DNA of 56,134 nt from Myxococcales bacterium (GCA_009692535.1 SHYZ01000004.1:1-56134); one strand, 5' to 3'. Positions 44,755 through 52,700 are shown, counted from the first letter of the stretch. The notes: generated by a model from the letters alone, not told the origin. Made by a program: numbers and translations.

Positions 44755-44775
44755 CACCGACGGCTCCCGCATCGT

Positions 44776-44810
44776 CGCGGCGCGGAACCGGTGGCAGTCG
44801 AGGCGCCGGG
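44776..44810 (+). repeat. 35-bp direct repeat, copy 2 (pdxT-like relic downstream of the ATPase)
   Basis: CGCGGCGCGGAACCGGTG-GCA-GTCGAGGCGCCGGG; differs from copy 1 by one codon (Leu vs Ala). Confidence 0.75.
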
Positions 44811-44845
44811 TGTGGGTAGCGTTCGCGGTCGTTCTGGAGAACACC

Positions 44846-45730
44846 TTGAGTTCCGTCGCATGTTCGTTCGGCCTCGTGCTTCTGTCGCATTGTGCACCGC
44901 CCTCGGACTCGATCCAGGGCGCGCCGGTCGCTGCTCCCGCCTCTGGCGAGCGTGGCGCGTCGGCGGCAGCACCGGCGGTCGCTCCGTTCGACCACTCCGA
45001 CTGGGACACGATCCTGAAGCAGCACGGCAATGGCGACCGCGTCGACTACGCCGCGTTGAAGGCCGACCGCGCTCCGCTCGACGCTTACCTCGACCGCGTC
45101 GCGAAACTGCCGGCCGAGGCGCTGGCGAAGCTCCCGCGCGCGGACCAGATGGCGTTCTGGATCAACGCCTACAACGCGCTCACGCTGCAGACCATCGTCG
45201 ACCACTATCCGATCGCGGCGTCGGGCCTTTCGGCGCTGCGCTTCCCGAACAGCTCGATCCGCCAGCTCGACGACCCGTGGGGCAGCAAGCACACCATCGC
45301 CGGCGCACAACGCTCGCTCGATGACATCGAGCACAAGATCCTGCGCGCCGAATGGAAGGACGCCCGCATCCACGCCGCCGTCAACTGTGCGAGCGTCGGC
45401 TGCCCGCCGTTGCGCCTGGAGGCCTTCACCGGCGAGCAACTCGAAACGCAGCTCGACGAGCAGATGCGGCAGTTCGTCGCCGACCCGCTCCGCAACAAGA
45501 TCGACCCGGCGCAGAAGAAGATCGAACTCTCGCCGATCTTCGACTGGTTCGGCGAAGACTTCGGCACCAAGGCCGGCGGCAAGGGCAGCACGAAGGAGAG
45601 CGAGCGCGCGCTGCTCGCCTGGCTCGAGAAGTACGGCAAGCCTGAGTGGAAGGAGTTCCTCGCGAGCTTCGACCCCGACGACGTCGACTTCCTCGATTAC
45701 GACTGGACGCTGAACGAAGTCGTCCGCTGA
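44846..45730 (+). CDS. DUF547 domain exported protein
   Basis: FDHSDW, VDYAALK, AFWINAYNALT, LDDIEH, DARIHAAVNCASVGCPPL, YDWTLN; TTG 44846 with GGAG chosen as start (GTG 44810 is possible). Confidence 0.88.
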   Translation: MSSVACSFGLVLLSHCAPPSDSIQGAPVAAPASGERGASAAAPAVAPFDHSDWDTILKQHGNGDRVDYAALKADRAPLDAYLDRVAKLPAEALAKLPRADQMAFWINAYNALTLQTIVDHYPIAASGLSALRFPNSSIRQLDDPWGSKHTIAGAQRSLDDIEHKILRAEWKDARIHAAVNCASVGCPPLRLEAFTGEQLETQLDEQMRQFVADPLRNKIDPAQKKIELSPIFDWFGEDFGTKAGGKGSTKESERALLAWLEKYGKPEWKEFLASFDPDDVDFLDYDWTLNEVVR

Positions 45731-45780
45731 ACGATGGCAGGCGCGCTATCCTTCCGCCCCGCCTTGGGGGGGATCGTCGC

Positions 45781-48700
45781 ATGCCTGCCGACCCAATGAA
45801 TCCGCCGGCGGACGCGCCGCCGCCTGATCGCGCCGCTGGCGATGCGCGCGCGCTCGAACTCTTCGCGGTGTGGCTCGGCCGCCACAATGACGAAGTCGAC
45901 GACGCGAGCTTCGAGCGGATCTGCCGCGACCACGCCGAGATCGCCGCGGAGCTGCGCCGGCTGAAGCGCACGCTGGAACAGGTGGCGGCGGCACTGCCGC
46001 GCGAGGAGTCACCCGACGGCGTCGCTGATCGCCTGGCCGCGCAGTTCGGCGACGAGGTCGATCCGCGGATCTCGCTCGACGGCACCGACGAGCGCGCGCA
46101 CGCTGGCGCGAGCCGCGGCGCGGTCCATCCGCCGCCCACCTCGACCTGGTCGCGGCTGGTCGAGCGCATCCGCGGCCGCACGGCGCCGAGCACTCGCTAC
46201 ACGGTCGGCGAGGTGCTCGGCAAGGGCGGGATGGGCGTGGTCTATTCGATCTGGGACGCCGACCTGCGCCGCCGCCTGGCGATGAAGGTGATCCGCCGCA
46301 GCGGCGAACGCGAGGCGCCGCCGCCACGTCTTGGCGCGACGCCGTCGCCGGCAGCCGTCGCCACTGCGCAAGCGCCGATCGATCTGGTGAGCCTCGGCCG
46401 CTTCATCGAAGAGGCGCAGATCACCGGGCAACTGAACCACCCCGGCATCGTGCCGATCCACGAACTCGGCCTCGACGCCGACGGCCGCGTCTACTTCACG
46501 ATGCGCCTGGTGAAGGGCTCGACCTTCGCGCAGGTGATCGAGTGGGCGGCGACCGGCGAGCAGGGCTTCAACCCGACGCGCGCGCTCTCCGTGCTGGTCG
46601 CGGTGTGCGACGCGCTCGCCTACGCGCACGCGAAAGGCGTGGTCCATCGCGATCTGAAGCCGGCCAACGTGATGGTCGGCCACTTCGGCGAGACCTATGT
46701 CATGGACTGGGGCCTCGCCCGCGTGCGCGGCCAGAAGGACCGCCACGATCTGCGCTTGAAGGTCACCGACACCACGCGCTTCAAAACCGAGCGTGACGAG
46801 CCGGCCTCCTCGCGCGATGACGCGCAGCTGATGACGATGGACGGCGCCATCGTCGGCACGCCGGCCTACATGCCGCCCGAGCAGGCGTTCGGCAAGACCG
46901 AGCTGATCGACGCGCGCGCCGATGTCTACGCGGTGGGCGCGATGCTCTACCACCTGCTGACGCGGCGCATGCCCTACGTCGAGCCCGGCGCGCGCATGTC
47001 GCCGCGGATGATCCTCCTGGCGGTGCAGCATGGCCCGCCGAAGCCGCTGCACGAGATCGATGCCACGGTGCCGGCCGAGCTCGCCGCCATCTGCGAACGC
47101 GCCATGGCCCGCGAACTCGGCAAACGCTACGCGAGCACGCAGTCGCTGGCTGGCGAACTGCGCGCCTATCTCGAACACCGCGTCGTCGCCGCCTACGAGA
47201 CCGGCGCCGTCGCCGAGCTGAAGAAGTGGATCGAGCGCAACCAGGCGCTGGCCGCGTCGCTGGTGGCGGTGGTGGTGCTGGCGATCGGTGGGCTGAGCTG
47301 GAACGCATGGACGAGCCATCGGCATAACGAGGCAATCGCGACGAAGAATCGCGATCTCACCACGGCCAACGCGATTGCCGAGCAGAACGCGTCGGACGCG
47401 CGCGAGCAGGCGACCCGCGCCGACGCCGCCAAGCGCGAGGCGGAGGCGAATCTCGCCGACGTGCTGCGATTGGGCGACATCAAGCGGGTGCGCGATCTCG
47501 AGGCGCGCGCCAAGGAGCTGTGGCCGGCACGGCCGGAACTTGTGCCGGAGATCGAGGGGTGGATCGCGGACGCGAAGGAGGTCGTGAGCCGGCTCGATGC
47601 GCACCGAGTGTCGCTGGCGACGCTGCGGGAGAGGGCGCTGCCGGCGGACGCGCCGGAGGAGACGACCAGCGTCACGGCGCAGCGGCGGGAAGCCGAGCAG
47701 CGGCAGCGGCGCGAGGATCTAAAGCGGCTCGACGCGTTCCTCGCGAAGCGCGCGGAAGCGCTGGCAGCAGCCGATCAGGCGGAGAGTGCGGCGGCCGACG
47801 CCGAGACGAACGCCGAGAAGAAGGAAGCTCTCGGCGCCGCGCTGGCGGGATTGGCGATACAGCGCGCGGCCGTAGCGGAGGAACTGCGGGGCGGCAGCGG
47901 TGGTCGTGGCACCGACGCAGGCGCCGAAGCGGGCGCCTCTGCGTCCGCCGATCGCGTCTGGCGATTTGCCGCCGACGCCACCAGGCCGCAGTGGCGCCAC
48001 GATCAGCTTGCGGAGCTGGTCGCCGCGATCGAGGCGCTGCAGGCTGGGATCGAGGCTCCCGCGGAAGTGGTCGCCTCATGGAATCCGTCCGCCACCGAAG
48101 CGGCGCCGCCCGCTGCCTTCGTGCCGGCGGCCGCGACGATTGCCGCGCTGCAGCGGCGCATCGACCACGCGGCGTGGGTCGAGCAGGTGTCGCTGGATGA
48201 GGCGCTCGACGCCTGGCAGGAAGCGATCACGCGCATCGCCACGAACCCGAAGTACGCCGTCTTCGCCGATCGCCCGTTCAAGGAGCAGATCGGACTGGTG
48301 CCGATCGGCCCCGATCCCGACTCCGGGCTCGAGGAGTTCTGGCACGTCGGGACGGGCGCGCGGCCAAAGCACGATGCGACGAGCGGTCACGTCGTGATGC
48401 GCGACGCGACCGGCGTCGTTTTCATCCTGCTGCCGGGGGGCACCTTCACCATGGGCTCCCGCGATCCCGACGCCGACCACGCGGTCGGCACCCCGAACGT
48501 CAATCCCGTGTTGCGGAGCGACGAGCAACCTCCCCACGCCGTGTCGCTGGCGCCGTTCTTCGTCTCGAAGTTTGAGCTGACGCAGGCGCAATGGCTGCGG
48601 GTCGCCGGCAGCAATCCAAGCTGGTTCCAGGAGCAGGACGGGATCGGCAGGGCCTATCCGGCGACTTCACCCGTTGAGCAGGTGTGGTGGGACGTCGCGC

Positions 48701-49212
48701 ACGATCAGTGCGCCGCACTGGAACTGCGGCTGCCGACCGAGGCGCAGTGGGAGTACGCCGCGCGTGCGGGCACGACCTCGGTCTATTGGTGCGGCGATGA
48801 TCCGGCGGAGATCGATCACCGCAAGGCGGGCAACATCTTCGATCAGAAGGCTATTTCCGTCGGCTACTCGGTGCCGAAGACAGGTTCGACGGAAGCTTGG
48901 GACGATGGCTTCAGTGATGTCGCGCCAGTCGGGACGTTTACGGCGAATCCGTTCGGTCTTCACGACGTGATCGGCAACGTTTGGGAGTGGTGCGAGGACG
49001 AATACGCCGGCGACTACGAGAGCGCCCCCGCACGTCCCGGAGACGGAGAGCGATCGCTTCCCGTGCAGGCTGGCACCCGCCACCGCGTCTTCCGCGGCGG
49101 CGGCTGGCTCAACGGGGCCGTGTACGCGCGTTCGGCGAGCCGCTACCGGGGCGATCCCTCGGACCGCATCAACAGCCTCGGCGTCCGTCCCGCCAGGGTC
49201 ATCACTTGGTGA
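45781..49212 (+). CDS. DGR target: Ser/Thr protein kinase - TM helix - coiled coil - FGE-sulfatase/C-type lectin domain carrying the VR
   Basis: Kinase: GEVLGKGGMGVVY, LAMK, HRDLKPAN, DWG, GTPAYMPPEQ. TM: ALAASLVAVVVLAIGGLSW. FGE: FTMGS, RLPTEAQWEYAARAG, NPFGLHDVIGNVWEWCED, RVFRGGGW, GVRPAR. Start moved to ATG 45781. Confidence 0.93.
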   Translation: MPADPMNPPADAPPPDRAAGDARALELFAVWLGRHNDEVDDASFERICRDHAEIAAELRRLKRTLEQVAAALPREESPDGVADRLAAQFGDEVDPRISLDGTDERAHAGASRGAVHPPPTSTWSRLVERIRGRTAPSTRYTVGEVLGKGGMGVVYSIWDADLRRRLAMKVIRRSGEREAPPPRLGATPSPAAVATAQAPIDLVSLGRFIEEAQITGQLNHPGIVPIHELGLDADGRVYFTMRLVKGSTFAQVIEWAATGEQGFNPTRALSVLVAVCDALAYAHAKGVVHRDLKPANVMVGHFGETYVMDWGLARVRGQKDRHDLRLKVTDTTRFKTERDEPASSRDDAQLMTMDGAIVGTPAYMPPEQAFGKTELIDARADVYAVGAMLYHLLTRRMPYVEPGARMSPRMILLAVQHGPPKPLHEIDATVPAELAAICERAMARELGKRYASTQSLAGELRAYLEHRVVAAYETGAVAELKKWIERNQALAASLVAVVVLAIGGLSWNAWTSHRHNEAIATKNRDLTTANAIAEQNASDAREQATRADAAKREAEANLADVLRLGDIKRVRDLEARAKELWPARPELVPEIEGWIADAKEVVSRLDAHRVSLATLRERALPADAPEETTSVTAQRREAEQRQRREDLKRLDAFLAKRAEALAAADQAESAAADAETNAEKKEALGAALAGLAIQRAAVAEELRGGSGGRGTDAGAEAGASASADRVWRFAADATRPQWRHDQLAELVAAIEALQAGIEAPAEVVASWNPSATEAAPPAAFVPAAATIAALQRRIDHAAWVEQVSLDEALDAWQEAITRIATNPKYAVFADRPFKEQIGLVPIGPDPDSGLEEFWHVGTGARPKHDATSGHVVMRDATGVVFILLPGGTFTMGSRDPDADHAVGTPNVNPVLRSDEQPPHAVSLAPFFVSKFELTQAQWLRVAGSNPSWFQEQDGIGRAYPATSPVEQVWWDVAHDQCAALELRLPTEAQWEYAARAGTTSVYWCGDDPAEIDHRKAGNIFDQKAISVGYSVPKTGSTEAWDDGFSDVAPVGTFTANPFGLHDVIGNVWEWCEDEYAGDYESAPARPGDGERSLPVQAGTRHRVFRGGGWLNGAVYARSASRYRGDPSDRINSLGVRPARVITW
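49076..49198 (+). repeat. DGR variable repeat (VR)
   Basis: 123 nt, ungapped match to the TR at 51548-51670; 15 mismatches, all opposite TR adenines; encodes the last residues of the FGE domain. Confidence 0.96.
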
Positions 49213-49487
49213 CTCTTACGACTTCACCGACCGCATTGGCGATCACCGTGAAGCATCGCTGAGGTCCGCGGTCCGCAGGCCAAGCGCAGCGTGGCCGAAG
49301 GACGGCGGACCGGCCGGGAGCAAGGCGGTGAACCTGGCGCGGAATCGGGAATGACGAGTCCGCATTGCGCGCAATGAGCGGCCGCACGGATTGACATCAA
49401 ACGTGCGATGCGGATGCTGCCCCGATTTTTTTCGATGGCGGTTCGGCAAAGGGTGGGTACTGGGCGGTCTCCTTATGGAGACTCGCG

Positions 49488-50126
49488 ATGCGCGTCAGAC
49501 TGCTCACGTTCCGCTATTCCGCGACACTCGGCGGCTTCGATGACACGCCGCTGGTCGAACTGCTGCGCGACAAGGAACTGATCTCCTTCCGCGAGCACTT
49601 CTTCGCGGTGAACGAAGTTCCGCACCTGACCTGCGTCGTTACGTGGCAGGAGGCGCTGGTGCCGACGCATCGGATCGGCTCGGGAGCAGCCGTTGGCGCC
49701 GTGCCGTCAGCCGCCGCATCCGGCAGAACGGAAACGGCCGCGCGAGCGCGATTCGAGCCAACCCCGCAAGGTCACCCCGCCGCCGAACTCGACGAGCCGC
49801 AGCGCCTGCTCTTCAATTCGCTCCGCGAGTGGCGCGCCACCACCGCGCGCGCCGAAGGCGTGCCACCGTTCCTGGTGTTCACCAACCGCCAACTCGCCTG
49901 GATCGCCACCCAGCGCCCGGAGTCGGCCAACTCGCTCGCCAATGGCCACGGCATCGGCCCGTCGAAGACGCGCCGCTATGCCGAGGCCGTGCTGCGCGTG
50001 CTGCATGGGCCACGGCCGGTGGCGGCGCCTGAACCGGGGGTGGAGTTCGATGCACCGGCTCGAGCCGGGCCGGTCCCTCCCGCCGACTTGATCGTGGCGG
50101 TCCTCACCGCGGCACCGCAACCGTGA
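49488..50126 (+). CDS. HRDC-domain protein (DGR accessory)
   Basis: LFNSLREWRATTARAEGVPPFLVFTNRQLAWIA..GIGPSKTRRYAEAVL is an HRDC signature; GGAG RBS. Confidence 0.88.
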   Translation: MRVRLLTFRYSATLGGFDDTPLVELLRDKELISFREHFFAVNEVPHLTCVVTWQEALVPTHRIGSGAAVGAVPSAAASGRTETAARARFEPTPQGHPAAELDEPQRLLFNSLREWRATTARAEGVPPFLVFTNRQLAWIATQRPESANSLANGHGIGPSKTRRYAEAVLRVLHGPRPVAAPEPGVEFDAPARAGPVPPADLIVAVLTAAPQP

Positions 50127-50518
50127 GCGCCATCCCGATCGATCGCCCGGCTCCGTCAACCGCCGGCCCGGAACTCCTGGTGCTGGCGCAATGGGAGGAG
50201 TTCACGGGTTGGCTTCTCGCCCACACCGGCCGCTGGCCGAAGTCGGTCCGCTTCACGCTGGCGCAGCGCGTCGAGGAGCACGCGCTCGACATCACCGAGA
50301 TGCTGGTCGAGTCGCGCTACGTACCGGCTGCACGCGCGGCGCACTTGCGTGAAGTGAACCTCCGGCTCGAGCGGATGCGCCACCTGCTGCGCCTCGCGCT
50401 CGCCACCCACGCCACCTCGAATTGCGGCTTCGAGTCCGTCATGCGCGGCATCGACGAATGCGGTCGGATGGTCCACGGCTGGCGCGAGGCGTTGAAGCCG
50501 AGGAGCACAGAGCGATGA
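50123..50518 (+). CDS. avd: Accessory variability determinant Avd (four-helix bundle)
   Basis: 131 aa, helical; WPKSVRFTLAQRVE..LERMRHLLRLA..DECGRMVHGW resembles the Avd consensus; GTGA overlap with the HRDC gene and ATGA overlap with the RT gene. Confidence 0.88.
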   Translation: MSAIPIDRPAPSTAGPELLVLAQWEEFTGWLLAHTGRWPKSVRFTLAQRVEEHALDITEMLVESRYVPAARAAHLREVNLRLERMRHLLRLALATHATSNCGFESVMRGIDECGRMVHGWREALKPRSTER

Positions 50519-51528
50519 AGCGCGTCGGCAACCTGTGGCCGCTGGTCACCGATTTCGGAAACCTCCGCCGCGCCGCGTTCCGCGCCGCCGCCAGCAAGCG
50601 CGACCAGCGCGGAGTCGCGGGCTTCCTCGAACGGCTCGAGCCGGAGCTCTTCGCGCTGCAGCGCAAGCTGGTCGACGCCACGTGGCGCCCCGCCCCCACC
50701 CACTCCTTCACGATCCGCGATCCGAAGACGCGCGTCATCACGGTGGCGCCGTTCTGCGACCGCGTCGTCCACCACGCGCTGATCGATCCGCTCGAGCCGC
50801 TGCTCGACCGACGTCTCTGCTTCGAGAGCTTCTCCTGCCGGCGCGGCAAGGGGACGCACAAGGCGCTCAATCACGCGCAGCGGATGCTGCGGCGGCATGC
50901 ATGGTTCCTGAAGCTCGACGTGAAGGCGTTCTTCCCGTCGCTGTCACACGCCGTGGTGATGGCGACGCTGGCGCGCATCGTGAAGGATCCAGAGGTTCTG
51001 CGGTTGGTGGAGCGGATCCTCGCGGCGCACGGAACGGGCGAAGGCGGCGCGCGCGGCGTGCCGATCGGCAACCTCACCAGCCAGTGGTTCGCGAATCTCG
51101 TGCTCGGCCGGCTCGATCACCAGGTGAAGCAGGAACTGCGGATCCCCGGCTACGTGCGCTACATGGACGACTTCGTGCTGTTCGCCGAGGACAAGGCGAC
51201 TCTGCAGGCCGCGCACGGTTGGATCGAGCGGTGGCTCGGCGAGGAGCTCTCCCTGCGGTTGAAGCCGACGGCGACCCAATTGGCGCCGGCGAGCGAGGGA
51301 TTGCCGTTCCTCGGAATCCACCTGTGGCGCGGGACGCGCCGCCTGCGACCCGCGAACCGGCGCCGCACGGTGGCGCGGCTCGCGACGCGCGGGCGGCAGT
51401 TCGCCGCCGGTCGGATCGAGGAGCCGGCCTACCTCGACAGCGCTCGCTCGATCTTCGCCCACTTGCACGGCACCGGATGCCGTGCCTTCGCGCGGCAGCT
51501 CGCAGAAAGGAGTTGTGAGCCCATGTGA
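50515..51528 (+). CDS. DGR reverse transcriptase
   Basis: 337 aa from ATG 50515 (AGGAG RBS); DPKTRVI, DRVVHHAL, KGTHKA, LKLDVKAFFPS, GVPIGNLTSQWFAN (DGR-type SQ motif), YVRYMDDFVLF, FLG; no maturase or endonuclease domain. Confidence 0.95.
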   Translation: MKRVGNLWPLVTDFGNLRRAAFRAAASKRDQRGVAGFLERLEPELFALQRKLVDATWRPAPTHSFTIRDPKTRVITVAPFCDRVVHHALIDPLEPLLDRRLCFESFSCRRGKGTHKALNHAQRMLRRHAWFLKLDVKAFFPSLSHAVVMATLARIVKDPEVLRLVERILAAHGTGEGGARGVPIGNLTSQWFANLVLGRLDHQVKQELRIPGYVRYMDDFVLFAEDKATLQAAHGWIERWLGEELSLRLKPTATQLAPASEGLPFLGIHLWRGTRRLRPANRRRTVARLATRGRQFAAGRIEEPAYLDSARSIFAHLHGTGCRAFARQLAERSCEPM

Positions 51529-51547
51529 TGGGGACCGGCCACTGGCT

Positions 51548-51670
51548 CCCGCAACCGCGTCAACCGCGGCGGCGGCTGGAACAACGAGGCCGTGAACGCG
51601 CGTTCGACGAACCGCAACCGGAACGATCCCTCGAACCGCAACAACAACCTCGGCGTCCGTCCCGCCAGGG
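51548..51670 (+). repeat. DGR template repeat (TR)
   Basis: Begins 19 nt after the RT stop; 12 AAC codons in the VR frame and 28 adenines, of which 15 are substituted in the VR. Confidence 0.96.
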
Positions 51671-51880
51671 CGTCGATCCGCCCGATCGCGATGGTCACTT
51701 GGCCAAAGGCCCCGGACCGCCGCGCCGCGCAAGTGATGCCCAGGCTGGTCTCCTGCGCTTCGATCGGGTGGACGGCTCGCGGTAGCGAGCCGCAGCCCGA
51801 TCGCGGCCGAAGAGTCATGCGCCGCCGGCCGTGGTAGCCGAGGAGACTCGGCGAAGCGGCTGGCGACGCCTCTTTTCGAG
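51671..51880 (+). ncRNA. Putative structured 3' spacer of the DGR RNA
   Basis: Hairpins CGATCGGG..CGGCTCGC-GGTA-GCGAGCCG..CCCGATCG (51761-51803) and GCCGAG-GAGA-CTCGGC (51837-51852) within a longer stem. Confidence 0.5.
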
Positions 51881-51989
51881 TTCGACTCGACCGACGTGGC
51901 TCCGCGAGTCGGCGGTCTCCCACTCCTCGCAAGCGCAATGGAGGACGGTGCACGCCGGGCCCGTTTCCAAGATCTTCAATCGCCGACGA

Positions 51990-52700
51990 CTACTTCCCCA
52001 GCTTCCTCGCCAGCAGTCGCACGACATGCGTCTTCGGGCCGAGGTTCCAGTCGCTCTCGAAGCGGCCGTCCTCGTAGGCGAGCACGCGCCAGTCGGCGAA
52101 GGTTTGCAGCAGCTCGCCCGGCTTGAACAGCGTCTCCTTTGGCGGGCCGCCGCCGTCGTGCTCGCTGCCCTGGCCCTCGATCACGATCACGCCGCCCTGC
52201 TTCACGGCCGCCTTCAGTCGGTCGACGATCGAGAGCGCGGGGTTGAAGTAGATCACGCTCAGCAGGTCCCACTGCGCGGTGCCGTAGTCGAAGGCGTAGA
52301 GGTCGGCCTCCCGGCAATCGAGGGTGAGCGACTTCGCCGCAGCGCTCGCGCGCGCCTTGTCGAGCCCGACCTTGCTGATGTCGACAGCCGTGGTCTTCCA
52401 GCCGCCGGCCGCCAGCAGCAGTGCGTTGCGTCCATCGCCGGCAGCGAGGTCGACCGCCGTGCCGGGCGCGAGCCACTTCTCGTCGGCGAGGCGACGGAGC
52501 GAGCGAGCGAGAAAGTCGTTCGGTTCGGTGCGGTAGCGCGGCTTGGCGGTGCTAAAGACCTTGTCCCACTTCTCCGGATCGCTGACGCCGCCACCCTGCG
52601 GCTGCGACGGCGAGCGCCACGCGATCGCGAGGCCGGCAACAACCGCGACGGCGAGCAGCAACGCCGCTGCGGCAGCTCGTTCAAGAGCGGATTTCCTCAT
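51990..52700 (-). CDS. Class I SAM-dependent methyltransferase with N-terminal hydrophobic anchor
   Basis: VDLAAGDGRNALLLA, AVDISKVGL, ADL, GGVIVIE; GGAG RBS before ATG 52700. Confidence 0.88.
   Translation of the reverse strand: MRKSALERAAAAALLLAVAVVAGLAIAWRSPSQPQGGGVSDPEKWDKVFSTAKPRYRTEPNDFLARSLRRLADEKWLAPGTAVDLAAGDGRNALLLAAGGWKTTAVDISKVGLDKARASAAAKSLTLDCREADLYAFDYGTAQWDLLSVIYFNPALSIVDRLKAAVKQGGVIVIEGQGSEHDGGGPPKETLFKPGELLQTFADWRVLAYEDGRFESDWNLGPKTHVVRLLARKLGK

Larger units (their letters stand above)
45781..51880 (+). mobile_element. Diversity-generating retroelement (target/VR - HRDC - avd - RT - TR - spacer)
   Basis: VR/TR pair with adenine-only mismatches, a DGR-type RT and an Avd-like gene, all co-oriented. 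The 3' boundary is approximate. Confidence 0.95.

Noticed and set aside
49069-49075. Extending VR/TR 7 nt further upstream (GCTGGCA vs ACTGGCT)
   Set aside because: Includes a non-adenine mismatch (TR T vs VR A), so it was left outside the conservative boundary.
48400-49209. Formylglycine-generating enzyme activity for the FGE domain
   Set aside because: The catalytic Cys-containing segment (after RGGSW in true FGEs) is replaced by variable VR residues; a binding role fits better.
49222-49311. Canonical DGR hairpin or terminator downstream of the target gene
   Set aside because: Only short or long-looped imperfect stems (CTTCAC/GTGAAG, GGTCCGC/GCGGACC) and no U-tract; not distinguishable from chance in GC-rich DNA.
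50515-51528. Group II intron or retron interpretation of the RT
   Set aside because: No maturase/endonuclease domain or retron-type VTG motif seen; the SQ motif, avd and the TR/VR pair indicate a DGR.
51525-51837. Small ORFs over the TR (51525..51785; 51592..51837, Asn-rich)
   Set aside because: They are translations of the template repeat and spacer; Asn richness reflects the AAC codons.
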